Part shown: in pieces, positions 38,171 through 52,215 of the stretch
Position numbering within the stretch: position 1 is the first letter of the stretch
Layout: each line of letters opens with the position of its first letter
NCBI GenBank assembly: GCA_951406725.2
Contig: OX597814.1
Location: 213,714,001 to 213,778,000, forward strand
Direction of reading: 5' to 3'
DNA length: 64,000 nt
Source: Octopus vulgaris
Lineage: Eukaryota
Program-made: the position numbers and the translations under genes
Notes under the pieces: generated by a model
What the model was told of the DNA's origin: nothing
What the model saw: only the letters and a program-made list of their open reading frames with translations
Databases searched by the model: none

Positions 38171-39505
38171 TTCATGTGTCTTTAATGTGTGTGGTTGCAA
38201 ACAACTCGTACACTGTGTCCAGCTCAATGTTTTGTCATCTGTTAACTCAGCACGAGTTATATCGAATTTTGTGCTGTTGAACGTATGGACTACAGAACGC
38301 TTATTTTTCGCCCAAATATTTACTCATGAAGGCAAATAATCTCTATGAGTTCATCGACATCGTGACTCCTATTCGACAGAGACAAATAAGACGGATGTGA
38401 GTTTCTATGCTTGATTCATTGGTAGGTCTGTTTATTTATTGAACCAGTGTTGGGCATCGAATATTTACGTATCTTTCAGACATTTACTAATCGTGGCAGG
38501 TGAACCATAATAGTATTCCCTCGGAATAGCAACGAAACACCTTTTACGGTTAGGTCTGCATTGTACAAATCATCTCTTAAATGTACTAAAGTTACCTACG
38601 AACTTTTAAGAAGCTTTATTTTCACTTAATTAATAATATATCGATTATAGATGGAATAAATTTTTGTGTGTGTAATGTGTGGAGAGGGGAACAGATTCGA
38701 AGTTCCCATATGCATCATATTGCTGTGTTAATATTATAAGATAAAGTATTTAGTGCGCTAACAGAGGTATTTACGAGTGTAGGTTTTCTTATTATACGTA
38801 GCTGCTACCAAACTAGGCTGTAATATAAAGACGGATGATTGAAGACATGGAAGTGAGCTACACAATCAATATACCAAACACTAACATTTTTCTCTCTTTT
38901 TTTTTTGTTTTGTTCTACTACTAATTTTCTTGTATCTGCTTATCGACCCTGACAAGATTAAGGGCTAATTCTAGATTGACATGAATCGATACCAAAGTTT
39001 TCAACTACTGGAGCAATCCTCAATCAGAAAACATAACGTGGTGATTTCGTATCGACATTCTCATTCTATTCTTGGAGACAATGTTTTATTTTTTTTTTTT
39101 CAGACATATTTTTAAAAATAATTGTACATCAGGATTCTTCGGATTCCTAATGTAGCGTATCCCCATCACAACAATTATAGTTTAGAAATACTCGAACTTT
39201 CTGCTTATTCTGCTTTATACACAAAAAGATTAGCTATTTTGGTCAAATACACGCGTATGTTGTTATTTCCATATTTTCTATAGATTTTATAGTTTCTGTT
39301 AATTCATTTATATACATAGGTAGATAAATGTTACTCGTTGCAAATGATGATCTTTGCCCCTTATATTTTTAAAGTGATTTCTTTTATCTAAAGAATGTTC
39401 ACTCGGATGATTGACATGAATTTGTTCACCAACACATTCCAAACTCTAGTTGCAGAGGTGATCACTTCCCACTTCTATTTTGCCCCGTCTCTCTTTTTTC
39501 CTTCT

Positions 39506-39598
<93 letters not shown>

Positions 39599-39800
39599 TT
39601 GAAATTAATTAAGGGTAGAAATTGATATTAGTCAATTAAAACCAGTGGTCTAGCATATTAAAAAGAATCCGAAGATTAAAATATTTATATGGTTTATGCT
39701 GAATTTTATTTTATTTGAGAACATAATCTTTGTGGAGAATGGCGATTGACGTCTATATCTAGCATGTTGACTGTCCACTTTTCATGTTCAGTCCTTAATT

Positions 39801-40173
<373 letters not shown>

Positions 40174-41031
40174 TGTCTTTTTTACCTCTACTACTGGTGG
40201 ACTCTGCCACTCCGAGTTATTTCTTCGCGTGCCACCTTCGTTCAGGTGCCTGCGTTCAGGCCCCTTTTTTCAAGCTCTCTCGACTCACTCTTACGTCTCG
40301 TCTCACTAACCAGTATGCCACACTAACCAATATAACTAGTCCTTTTCTCCACAGAAGGTCGGCTTCCTGAAATTCAACCTTTCTCTCTCTGCACATGATT
40401 TTTTACCTGTTGTTGTCGAATGGAAACCTTTTTAGACATACCATTAACAACTTTAATCTACTGGTGTAGAGAAACATTTCTTAGAGCAATTGTTTCTTTA
40501 AGCGGTTTTTCTTTTTCTTCAGATTTTTTTTTTTTGAGATTTTAAAAATGGAACAAATTCTAAAAAAAACTGTTCCCCCTTTTCTTGTCTTGTTCTTAAT
40601 TGCTTTTTACAGCTTTTAACTCCTCTTAACTCCTTTAATTTATTCAGTTACAGTATTTCATTCTCCTACCATTACCTTCCTAAACTCTCCTGCTAACAGC
40701 ATTACTCTGTTATCTTTTATACAACACCATTAAACACTTTACTCTCACCGCTCTTCGGGGGATTGTGAAAGCTATGAGCACACCTTTTTCCAAATCAAAT
40801 TAATGAAAACATAATGGTCAACTGTTACAATTAATTTCCTACCCTCTTTAGAAAAGAAGCATTCTTGGCTGTTGCTATTTTATTCTAACCAACCATAATA
40901 ATGATGGGGGTGCATTATTACGTAGCAGAATATAGGTATGATGTTACCAACATCACTATAGTTTTTAAGTGTGTGAGTTACGGCTCGCTTGCTGAAAAAT
41001 AACTGCAAAATTCATAAGATTTATAGGTGAA

Positions 41032-41416
41032 CTAGCAGTATCGCCCGGCGTTGCTCAGGTTTGTAAGGGAAATAACTATAAAGCATTTTTAGAGAGTTAT
41101 AGCCAAAAAATAGCAAAAAAATGGAAAAAAAATGATGGTAAATTTTTTTTGAGAGTTAAAACAGGTGGAGTTGCGTCCCCTAGACGGTCTGTGGTTTGGG
41201 TTTCTCATTCTCGACCCCATGTCGAATTTATCGATTTTTTTCAGAACTGGGGGAACTTTTCAAAATTTTCGCTGCGTTAGTTTTGAATTATGACATTGGG
41301 CTATGTGTGTGTCAAGTTTCATCAGAATCGGTTGAAAGCCGTGGTCAGAGTGAGGGTACGAGAAAACAGACACACAGAAACACGCACAGACAAACTGCCG
41401 TTTATATAGAGAGAGA
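41032..41416 (-). mobile_element. Non-autonomous Helitron, second 5'-end subtype
   Basis: Same 3' hairpin/CTAG end as 32040-32437; 5' part shared with 58650-59033. Confidence 0.85.
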
Positions 41417-42184
41417 TTTTTAAAATATCCAACAAGTTCCTGGATCTAATTCACTTATGCTTTAATTTCATTATTTATCTCTTTTAACTGCTCGTCAGAC
41501 ATTTGGAATCTGTAAACATAAATATCAGCATTTTAAAAGTAAATGCCATAACAAATAGAAAAATATCTAGTATCACTTACTAAATAAGACATAACCAGTG
41601 AAATATTATCCTATTAAAATGACAACTAGATTAAAAACAACAAACGTAATGCAGATAAACCAGTCATACCAGATTTAAACAGTTTCAATGTAGAAATGTT
41701 CTTAAATGTCTAAGCAATCTACATCATAATACTTTTAAAACTTGTAATTCAGTCAGTAACAGTTGCACAATAAAAAAAAAACAATAGAAACTGAGTAAAC
41801 TCGATATATTCTGTATCGGCAAACACTAATGGAAATTGTTCAATACGTTCAATAAATTTTATATCCTTCGTACGTTTAGTCTATCACTTGAAGCAGAACA
41901 CTTGGTCAGAGAGTTTACTTCAGCAGTCTCTCAGGTTAAGGAGCCTACTCGAAAAGTTAGACTTCTCTTCCACGCGACATAAGAATTATTCAGTTTCTTT
42001 AACTATCGATTAGAATAAACTTAAGTAAATTTTAGGGTATATTTGGTAGTGTCAATGGATTTAACTGATATGATGTCGAGAAGATACTTTGATAATTCAC
42101 TTAATTTGTACATCTCAGAATTATTAAGTACTCGTCGGTAAATAACGAGAGATTCATACGATGAATAAATTTCCAGGTGAATTA

Positions 42185-42935
42185 CACTGGTCAACAAAAA
42201 TATATTTTGAAATGGCGTCGAGACACCAAACGTCTTTTTTAGCTAATTTGAGGGCGCTGAATCTGAAAATCACCTTACTTTTTCTTGATTAGCTACCGTT
42301 TTTGCTGTACAGCAATGCCTCATTGGGGGGGGGAGCTTTTCAGTTGTTTTCTGCATATTTGATATTGATCGATGGCAATTTTTCAAAGTAAAATCGTAGA
42401 AACTTCTCAATTCGTATTTAATAATCGCCGCAATTATCCGGAAATTTATCTAGATGGCTATGTAAAATGAACCTTAATACTCATATTCGCTCCTATGTCT
42501 TGTAGACTTTTCAACAGCTTTTCCACTACCTCCTTGTAGTTTTCGGCCCGGCAATTGCCTACGAAGTTTTTCACCGCATCAACAAACGATATCCAAGCGC
42601 GTAATTCCAAGTCATTCATTCAATTAACAAATGTTTCGGGAACATAGTCAGGATTGTTTTCGCTGTGTTTCTCATTTACATCAGTATTAGACTCGTCACT
42701 TTCAAAATGTTTCAACAAATTTTCGTGAAAAACTGGGATTGGCAAATCACCTGAATGCGGCACTGGAATGAAGACTGGGATAGTCGATAGATCTGCGTTT
42801 CATTTCGCTCAAATATTCGTCAGAGTGGTTCTTTGGCCCACGCCAGATCATAGGAATAGCGAATCTCAATAATTTTCGGGTACCTGAAGCCCACTGTCTC
42901 ATGTGTTCCAAACATGTCTTCCAAACAATGTGAGA
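42185..42935 (-). mobile_element. Chapaev3 (CMC) DNA transposon remnant with internal deletions
   Basis: Terminus CACTGGTCAACA. Minus-strand peptides PVPHSGDLPIPVF and ELRAWISFVDAVKNFVGNCRAENYKEVVEKLLKSLQDIGANMSIKVHF..SHLDKFPDNCGD match recalled Chapaev3 transposase motifs. Confidence 0.7.
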
Positions 42936-43860
42936 GACCCATGATTTGTCCTCATAAAGGATGGTGTGGTCCTAATGATAGAAATAGATGTTACGTAACA
43001 ATAACAAACGAACCAAACAAAATACATTTAGAATTTATTGGTGTATTAATTTGTATAATATTTCTTTGGTATTTCATAACCGGATTCCAAAACCTATTCA
43101 AACTTCAGTTTGGTCCTTTGAGAATACATTTTCTAATATTTGCATCAATCTACAGAGGCAGCAAACAGCTTCTGTATTTCTTCATTAAGGAAGTCAGCTT
43201 ATAATTGAATTTAGAATAAAATGTATCACTGCGTAAATTTAATATATCATAAACAAGTAATGTGTAATTAATTTTATGACAATTTATGAAGGAACTTCAT
43301 TATATAACTATAAAATTGAAAATTTGCATGTAAGAAATGCTTTCAGAAACCGAAGAAATATGCACAGTAAATGTAATGAGCTATTAATAATGTTGTCATT
43401 CGATAATACCAATTTGAAAGGAATCGCACGAAGCATTTTTCGAAATGACTTTAATCTTATTGAATGCCGTTAGTAGCATATTTACATCTGATTACTAAGA
43501 ATGTTTGTAATCGATCATGCGTCGACGGCCATTGAATGCTAATGCACATATTCTCCATAATGGAAACAGCAGTACTGGGATTGTTAGGAATATCTGATAA
43601 GTACGTACAAGTAGTTCGGAGCTGTTGCATGTACTACTGATAACTTCGTTGATCTGTATGTTCAGCTAAGGGAAGTTATATACGAATAGCTGTTTTGGTG
43701 AATTTTATGGTTTACCCGACGTGAGAACGTTTTTTAACCACTACCTACAATTTTTAAATTCATGTTTAGTTGAAGTTTAAGCCTAACATATCTGATTCGG
43801 CTCCCACACAGCATTTCTGATTCGGCTCCCACATCATATTGCATAAAAATAATATGAACA

Positions 43861-44023
43861 GGTGCAGGAGTGGCCGTGTAGCAAGATGCTTGTTTCCCAA
43901 CCACTTGGTTCCGGGTTCAGTCCCACTGCGTGGCATCTCAGGCAAATGTCTTCTACTATAGCCTCGGGCCGATCAAAGCCTTGTGAGGGGATTTGGTTGA
44001 CGGAAACTGGAAGAAGCTCGTCG

Positions 44024-44078
<55 letters not shown>

Positions 44079-44288
44079 TTTTGTGTGTCTGTGTTTGACC
44101 CCCTCCTACCATCGCTTGATATATCAACCGATCTTGATATGTCTATTTCCCTGTAACTTAGCGGTTTGGCATAAGAGACCGATAGAAAAAGTACTAGGCT
44201 TACAAAGAATAAGTCCTGGAGTCGAATTGTTCGACTAAAGGCGGTGCTCCAGCATGGCCGCAGTCAAATGAGAGAAACAAGTAAAATA
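43861..44288 (+). mobile_element. SINE family A (diverged)
   Basis: Homology to 8867-9280. Confidence 0.8.
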
Positions 44289-44791
44289 AAATCCTTCTCT
44301 TATTTGGCTGAGAAAAAACCGCATCAGTTTCCAGTTACATTTTATGCTTTCCCTATTCGACGTAGATGAAATAAATTTATGAATTGCTGCTTTTCTCAAA
44401 ATTTCCAGAAAAAAAAAAAACAGTTATCAAATTACATAACATGTAAATTTTAAAAGATGCATTATAATTTATAGAGACCCTGTTTTGCTGACATAGAATA
44501 TTTGCATTAAAGAATATTTATAGCGCGATAGAGTTTGTAGGAAGGAAAATTGCAATTTGGGGAAAAGAAAATGGAAATGCTGAAATTTATTGTGGTTTAT
44601 TAAGTATAATCTAAAATTAAGTATAATTCCACTTTGTCATAGCTAAGACTGTTGCACTAAGATAAAATAGATTGGAAGAGCTCTTGGCTAGAAAATCCAA
44701 GGTACAGTGCGTTGAGAAAGCCACGATAGCATGGTATATCAAATCCTCACGCTATAAATACAAAGCCTTGGAGCCTGCGATGGTTTATTAT

Positions 44792-45024
44792 GGACGGCGA
44801 GCTGGCAGAATCGTTAGCACGCCGGGCGAAATGCTTCGCGGTATTTCGTCTGCCGTTACGTTCTGAGTTCAAATTCCGCCGAGGTCGACTTTGGCTTTCA
44901 TCCTTTCGGGGTCGATAAATTAAGTACCAGTTACGCACTGGAGTCGATGTAATCGACTTAATACCTATGTCTGTCCTTGTTTGTCCCCTCTATGTTTAGC
45001 CCCTTGTGGGTAATAAAGAAATAG
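44792..45024 (+). mobile_element. SINE family M, single unit
   Basis: Homology to the other family M copies. Confidence 0.85.
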
Positions 45025-45564
45025 GTTTATTATGACATATACATATCTGTAACATTGTCGTAACCGTATCTCAAATTACTGGCTGTTTCTTCATGACCAG
45101 AAAATATTTCGTCATAATTGTCTTTGTATGGAAGTACGAGTTCTTTCGCCCTACTTCTAAGGACTATTTGCGGAAGAAGTATGTTAAACATAGAATATTT
45201 TAAAGATTAATTTGATGTTATTCCGCGACCCATAATAACAGAGAGAGCGAATTAATAAGTTTTCTATCATAAAATCATAGTTAAATCCGTTTCTGGGCAG
45301 TTAATTATTGGGCTAAACGGCTCTTGATTTTTGTATATTCTTTTACTCTATATCAGGATGGATATATCAGTGTAATAAGGAACTGATTAAGCCACTTTCA
45401 AACTGTATGAATTGAGGGTTGTTTACACTATTAGGGAAATGCAATATTACTTGAGTGATGAATCAAATATGTTACTCCTAACCCCTGCTAAACACGGAGT
45501 TAAAATGCAGAGTTTTAGAAAATACTAAATAACACAAATTAACTCTCCAAACTTTTCTACTTCA

Positions 45565-45971
45565 TCTTTATATATAAAAGAGAGGTTGTGTGCTGTCTGT
45601 CTCCTACGGTTTAGATTCCTAACTACTCCCACATTTTGCGGTGCAGTTTAACCCAAACCGGGTATCTTATAGTCGTGATTCATATCGAGACCTTCTGGGT
45701 ATTAGCGCGCGTCTACGATGAGTCTACGATTTTTAAAATAATTTACCATCAATTTTCCCATTTTTAATGCATTTTTGGCATATATAAGGGAAGTAACTCT
45801 CTAAAAATTTATTATTAAAGCTACAATAAAAAGCTACGTAAAAAGCTACAATAACACCCCCCCTCCTTTGTGGTTAGCCATATTGAGATGGCTATTATAC
45901 TTTACATCTCTAAAAATGCTTATATAGTTATTTTCCTTACAAACCCGAGCAACGCCGGGCGATACTGCTAG
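45565..45971 (+). mobile_element. Non-autonomous Helitron
   Basis: A|TC...CCCGAGCAACGCCGGGCGATACTGCTAG|T. Confidence 0.9.
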
Positions 45972-47917
45972 TATTTGTATAAAAATTAATAGAAAGTAGT
46001 TGTTAAATCTTTAACTAAAATTCCCTAAAATATACGTACCAAATTTCCATACTAAAGAACAATGATTTAATTTTTGAACGAACTGGGATTCTGTATAAAT
46101 AAAACGTTATTCATTGAATTAGGAGGCAACACCAGTTTTTATGATGATATATAGACAAACGATTGGTCCCTAGGATCAAGAAGCAGAAAATTTATCCTGA
46201 CTTCCTTCGGAGACGAAATACATATTTTGTTACCTAGCCGGACATTGGTCTTCAACTTCTGTATGCAAATGTACAGAAGTTGCAGGACTGAAATATATGA
46301 AATATATGCTGTGTTTTGTGCTTTGTAACAGAATAGAATTAATGAATGAACGGTAGGTACATTAAGTGGGGTTAGATGTAAATGGTGAACTGTTTGCATG
46401 CTCCTAACAACAAAGGCAGAAACAGGAAAATCGCATCTGTGAGATAGGAGTTGTAGCGTTTTTTTTTCTAAATGAATTGACCCGTTGACTTTTGGTGGAT
46501 GCAATCTAAAATATCTTAATGTGTGTTTTTTCCAGCTATCTGAATAATATTTTGTTGTGGAAAACATTATTGTGAGTAGCACTGACGTGTTTTAGTAACT
46601 GCTTATGGCTGAAGTATTTATTGTGTATGTGAACCTGCTATGAGAGATAATCAGAGATCATTAGAGCCGTGCAGCTTGTGTGTGTGTGTGTGTGTGGTCC
46701 ACACGCAGGGAGATGTAGAGAGAGGCTACTTCCTTGATATGTGTAGTAACCGAGTCTTGCTGCTTTTGAAAGGAAATCGATTGTCATATCTCTATTGAGA
46801 TTTCTACATTAAAACTAATAATAGTTAGTTGTGTTTATGAAAAATATAAATCCAAGAAAATAAACTGACAGGACGCTATTGTAATAGCATTAAATTATTT
46901 TTTTAAAATGCACAAACAAAGATTGTTGTTATTGAACATTTTGCTAAAGCATTCAATATTTCTTGAATATCTTAGAAAAATGCTAACTGTAACCTAGGTT
47001 ACGTACGGTAAATGTAAGACAACATATCACTTATATTTGGGTTAAATCCACGCCGTACGTCTGCTGTTTACATGAGTTAAAAATATAAAGAAAATATGAA
47101 CCAAATACACATATATTGTCAATTCCCGACAGTTAGTTATTTTTCTCATTCTTATATTTAATATGAAATTTCTTCAGATTGAGTTGAAATAAGTTGTTTG
47201 TAGTTTACGATTTTATTTTGTAAGTTTTGTGTTGAGTTTTTTCCACAAAGCATCATATTTGACATATCAAAGATTCATATATGGCCTGTCTTTGAAAATC
47301 GATGCAAGCTGTATTGACTTTTTATTGTGGATACTTGATGTTGTTATATTAGTTATTGCAGACGCTGTAACTAGTTTTATAAGATAGATATATATCAATT
47401 ACTGAGGTACTTGCAACTAGAGACATAGCGCCAATTTGAGGATATAACAGCTTTTTTTTATTAATTTATTTTTTTAGCGTAAAACGTTGGTGTTTCAGAT
47501 TGTTGAGTATTGCAGAATACTTTGCATAATGGTATATGGAATATAAGATCTCTCAAGTATATTATAGGATATCCTAATGCAATGCAGTACTCTATAATGT
47601 ATTTGAAGTAGTATGGTGCCTAGAGCTGCTCCAATAGTTGCATGATTCTAGTCAGAGCAGCTTATGCAACTTTTTCCCTCCATCTTGTACTAATGAATGC
47701 AAACACAATTCTGGGTATTTTCTTCCAATCGTTCTTCTAAGATTTATCTCCTGACCGTGCTTATACTCAAAAATTTTATATGATTTTCGGTCACTTTAAG
47801 GTTCAGCAGAAATGGTAAAATAGAAGAGGTCAAATAAGAACAAATTATATCCATTTTTGTCTCCGTACTACCCAAATTTAAGCCTACTTCCCATTGCATG
47901 CGTTATTTTTGATTGAT

Positions 47918-48060
47918 TTAAATTGAAATTTTAGGGCTGTCTAACACACAAATTTCTTTCTCCTCCGTGTCAGTATAATTTATTTCGTTAACACTGAAAA
48001 TCCTGCTGACGTTTGCTTTGTTACTCTTGATATTGTCGTATGTTACCGTTGTTGCTTTCT
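47918..48060 (-). CDS. Candidate terminal coding exon of an unknown host gene
   Basis: AG acceptor at 48061-48062; reads (E)KATTVTYDNIKSNKANVSRIFSVNEINYTDTEEKEICVLDSPKISI*; phase fits the candidate exon 48648-48694; region is repeat-poor. Confidence 0.25.
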
Positions 48061-48647
48061 CTATTTTGTCAGATACAAAGCAAATGTATAAACGAAAAAT
48101 CAACGTATACCATTATTATTAAACCACCAGGAATTTCATGTCAGAAAGTGTATAATCCATAATACATTGTAAGAAGTAGTCTACTTGAAAGTGCATTTTT
48201 TAGAATGTCATTCTATGAGGAATCGTAATTCTTTATGAATGACAATAACCCATAATATTTCAGTAACAGCAACCATTAAATAAGATTGATTTGAAATTAT
48301 CTATTTCATAATTACCAATTTGCTTTAAATGTGGAGTATTTGTGGAAATATTAATGAAATAGATCCATCATATATATATTTGTCTGTTATGAACCAGGTG
48401 AATAAGATGATTTGAGCCCCGAAATATTTTCATTAATTATAAAGTGTCCCGCTGTTTGCTATAATTTACCTTGCTTAATCGTGGTATCTATTTATTGAAG
48501 CGAAATATAGTTTGAAGCGGTAAATTGTTTCATTTTTTGTCTCAAGTTGTCATTTTTAACGATCAGCCAGATGAGATTTCACATATATTTATTAACCACA
48601 GTAAAGCAAAATATAAAATAATAGAATTACATCTATGGGATAGTTAC

Positions 48648-48694
48648 CGACGCGGATCACTGCTATATTCTTCGCATCCATGTATTTCTCTTCA
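48648..48694 (-). CDS. Candidate 47-nt internal exon
   Basis: TTTAG|TGAAGAG...CGCGTCG|GTAACT; encodes EEKYMDAKNIAVIRV and ends in phase 1. Confidence 0.2.
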
Positions 48695-49221
48695 CTAAAT
48701 ACGTTCAGAATTTTAATGTAAAGATTAAAGAAAGAGAAAAATACTGAGTGAAAGAAAGAAAGGAAGGAACAGAAATTAAAAACAGAAAGAAAAGAAACCA
48801 TACAAAAATGGTTATTTCTATATGAAATAAGAAGTATATGGCTTCAAATAGCGATCTTCTTGAACACGAACGAAGAGAAAACATGAATTCCACTCAAATG
48901 AAATGTCAATATTTCTTTTAACCTACACTACAGCAGGGAGAATGTCAACTCGTCAGTCAGGGAACCCTCTACGTAATAACAAGTGCCACTAAAACATAAA
49001 CTGCAATATATCTTTATTAAGTATATTCAAAGCCTTAATTAAGTACATTCAAAGCCTTAATTAAGTACGTTCAAAGCACACGCTAACGATAATGATAATA
49101 ATAGTTATTCCTCTCATCGAATGGGTTACACTGGATTGTTTGTGCGACATTTAGACATGCGAAATATAGATTGGGTTTGGTGTTGGCTAATATGGTTTAC
49201 AAGTGATATATATTTATATTC

Positions 49222-49271
<50 letters not shown>

Positions 49272-49279
49272 AGGTATGT

Positions 49280-49373
<94 letters not shown>

Positions 49374-49396
49374 GTATGTATATATATATATGTATG

Positions 49397-49435
<39 letters not shown>

Positions 49436-49454
49436 GTATGTATATATATATATG

Positions 49455-49511
<57 letters not shown>

Positions 49512-49736
49512 CATTATAGTGGCTGTGTGGTAAGAAGCTTGCTTCCCAATCACATGGTTCCAGGATCAGTTCCCTACATGCCACCTTGGGCAGGTGTCTT
49601 CTACTATAGCCTCGGGCCGACTAACCAAAGTCTTGTGACTGGATCTGGTAGACAAAAACTGAAAGAAGCCCGTCGTCTATCACGTCCTCGCGTTGTTGTT
49701 TTTTCTTGCTTGTTCATGTTTGGATCGACGATATAT

Positions 49737-49783
<47 letters not shown>

Positions 49784-49884
49784 TTTGTGTGTGTGAGTGT
49801 GTGTGTGTATGTGTGTATGTCTGTGTTTGTGAAACAAGTAAAAGGATAAAAGTATAAAAGGACATGTATATATACACACACACA

Positions 49885-50624
49885 CGTAGTCTGATCAATA
49901 AGTATCCGGAATGTTGCGACAGAAACGAAGCTAAAGTACAGAGAGTAAAGCCGCTTCGCACAGATTGATATGAAACTCTGCAGTGCATGTGCACTAAGTT
50001 TTAACGTTCTAGCTCACTTTCTCTCTTTACAGCAGTGCTTGGAAGGAGTAGCATGTGATCGTCGCATTGACCATGACACCGAAAGTTGAGCAGAGAATCT
50101 GTATCAAATTTTGCTAAAAGCTTGCCAATATCTGCTCAGAAGCCTACGTAAAGTTTTCAAAAATTTGTCATCGTTCTCGACACAATCAAGGAGGTCTTGT
50201 GCAACTGAAACCCGGGTGTCTTTTTGGTCAGCTGAAAGCAGTTTTGGAACAAACTTGGCGGACACGTGTCTCATACGCAATTCGTCAGTGATGATGGACT
50301 GAATTGAACTGTAACTAATCTTCACATCATATGATAACTCACGGATGGTGATTCGACGATTTTTCCTCGAAGCTGCACGCACATCTGCGATGTTTTTCTC
50401 AGGTCTCCTGGCTGCGGATCTCCTAGAACGTTCGTCAATATTTACATTTTTTCGGCCACCTTGCAAACATCTGAACCACTCGTACACTTATGTGCCGCTC
50501 ATACACTCCTCTCCATACACTTTCAGCAACTTAGCGTAGTCCTCTGAGCAGATTTCGTCATAACGTTCTCTGTCATGATCAATGAGATGATCACACGCTA
50601 CACAGGTTCCTTCCAAGCACTGCT
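49885..50624 (-). mobile_element. Second copy of the double-left-end mariner derivative, one end truncated
   Basis: Reverse-complement match to 36650-37402 including the same internal junction; ORF 50104-50487 is the mariner HTH. Confidence 0.85.
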
Positions 50625-50706
50625 TATGAATCCATCACTGGAAAATTTCTTCCCTCACACCTAAGTTTTACGTACACTGGTTATATATATATATATATAT
50701 ATATAT

Positions 50707-51756
50707 ACATTATATAAAAGGGCTTAGTAAAATAAATTACTTTGCCGCATACTGAACTCATTAGAAATAGCAGCTAAAAAAAAACTTTTTTAAAACTATT
50801 TCCAATACTTAAAGAAAATCTCTCTCATATAGTGTTTGCTCAATTCAACTCACGAAAGTATGGGGGTAGAGACATTAAAAAATCAAATGCAAAGGTTATT
50901 TGAGAACGTACGTTTCAAGATTAGTCAAACTCGACACTTCTATCATCAGCTCAGAACTCCCTGGTTTGGATTTGAAAACACTGAAAGTGGGAGCATACCC
51001 TTTCGGCTTCCTATCGCTTCTGAAGATCTGCTCGGAACTAACAGTGCCAGCAAATTCAAATATGCAAGCGAAGAATTTCTGCTCTCCCCTTTCCACCAGT
51101 GTGGGTTAAAATCAGTAAACACTATGCTTTTTTCGGTAAAATCCGAGGCATTAAATAGAGAGAGATGAATTATAATTTCAACAATTGAGGGTAAAATTAA
51201 TTAATTAATCAATTTCACCAAGTATTCAGTATGCAAAGGGACCATTTAAGGCGAATTCAAATTATTACATTATATAAAAGGGCTTAGTAAAATAAATTAC
51301 TTTGCCGCATACTGAACTCATTAGAAATAGCAGCTAAAAAAACCTTTTTTAAAACTATTTCCAATACTTAAAGAAAATCTCTCTCATATAGTGTTTGCTC
51401 AATTCAACTCACGAAAGTTGATGATAGAAGTGTCGAGTTTGACTAATCTTGAAACGTACGTTCTCAAATAACCTTTGCATTTGATTTTTTAATGTCTCTA
51501 CCCCCATACTTTCGTGAGTTGAATTGAGCAAACACTATATGAGAGAGATTTTCTTTAAGTATTGGAAATAGTTTTAAAAAAGTTTTTTTTTAGCTGCTAT
51601 TTCTAATGAGTTCAGTATGCGGCAAAGTAATTTATTTTACTAAGCCATTTTATATAATGTAATAATTTGAATTCGCCTTAAATGGTCCCTTTGCATACTG
51701 AATACTTGGTGAAATTGATTAATTAATTAATTTTACCCTCAATTGTTGAAATTATA
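50707..51756 (-). mobile_element. Penelope-like non-autonomous element: partial tandem (560-bp period) plus inverted pseudo-LTR, within (TA)n
   Basis: 50707-50859 is repeated at 51267-51418; 51419-51756 is the reverse complement of 51171-51418 continued by 50860-50948. Confidence 0.8.
50901..50953 (-). ncRNA. Minimal type-I hammerhead
   Basis: UGAG CUGAUGA (imperfect stem II uagaaguGUC-gaguuu-GACuaaucuu) GAA ACGUACGU U CUCA; canonical core, palindromic stem III. Confidence 0.65.
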
Positions 51757-51758
51757 TA

Positions 51759-51823
<65 letters not shown>

Positions 51824-52215
51824 AATCATAATAATAATAATAATAATAATAATACCAACTACTATTGATACTAATTTATTTAGCTTAAAATATTCTCAAC
51901 CCAGATAGGACTTTTCATTTACCAACTTCATCACTACAATTTTAGGCTGTATTTTTGCACCAAGTTTCTAATATTCATAATGCTTTTGGTTTAATTAATA
52001 AATACAATACGCACAAATGTACATAATTCTTAGCATATCTAAGAGTAGTTGTTTTCTTCTATCTGCATCTCTATAAGTATATATCATTGAATATATTTCG
52101 ATGACTATATATATTCCATAAGGCACAATAGATATCGTTTTAGGTTGTTTGTAAGTTAAGTGTATGAATCCCATTTCGAATCACATTTACATTCATAATA
52201 TCATTCATAAAATAA

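Noticed and set aside
46253-46283. 11-bp perfect hairpin
   Set aside because: Too short for a pre-miRNA; single copy, plausible by chance.
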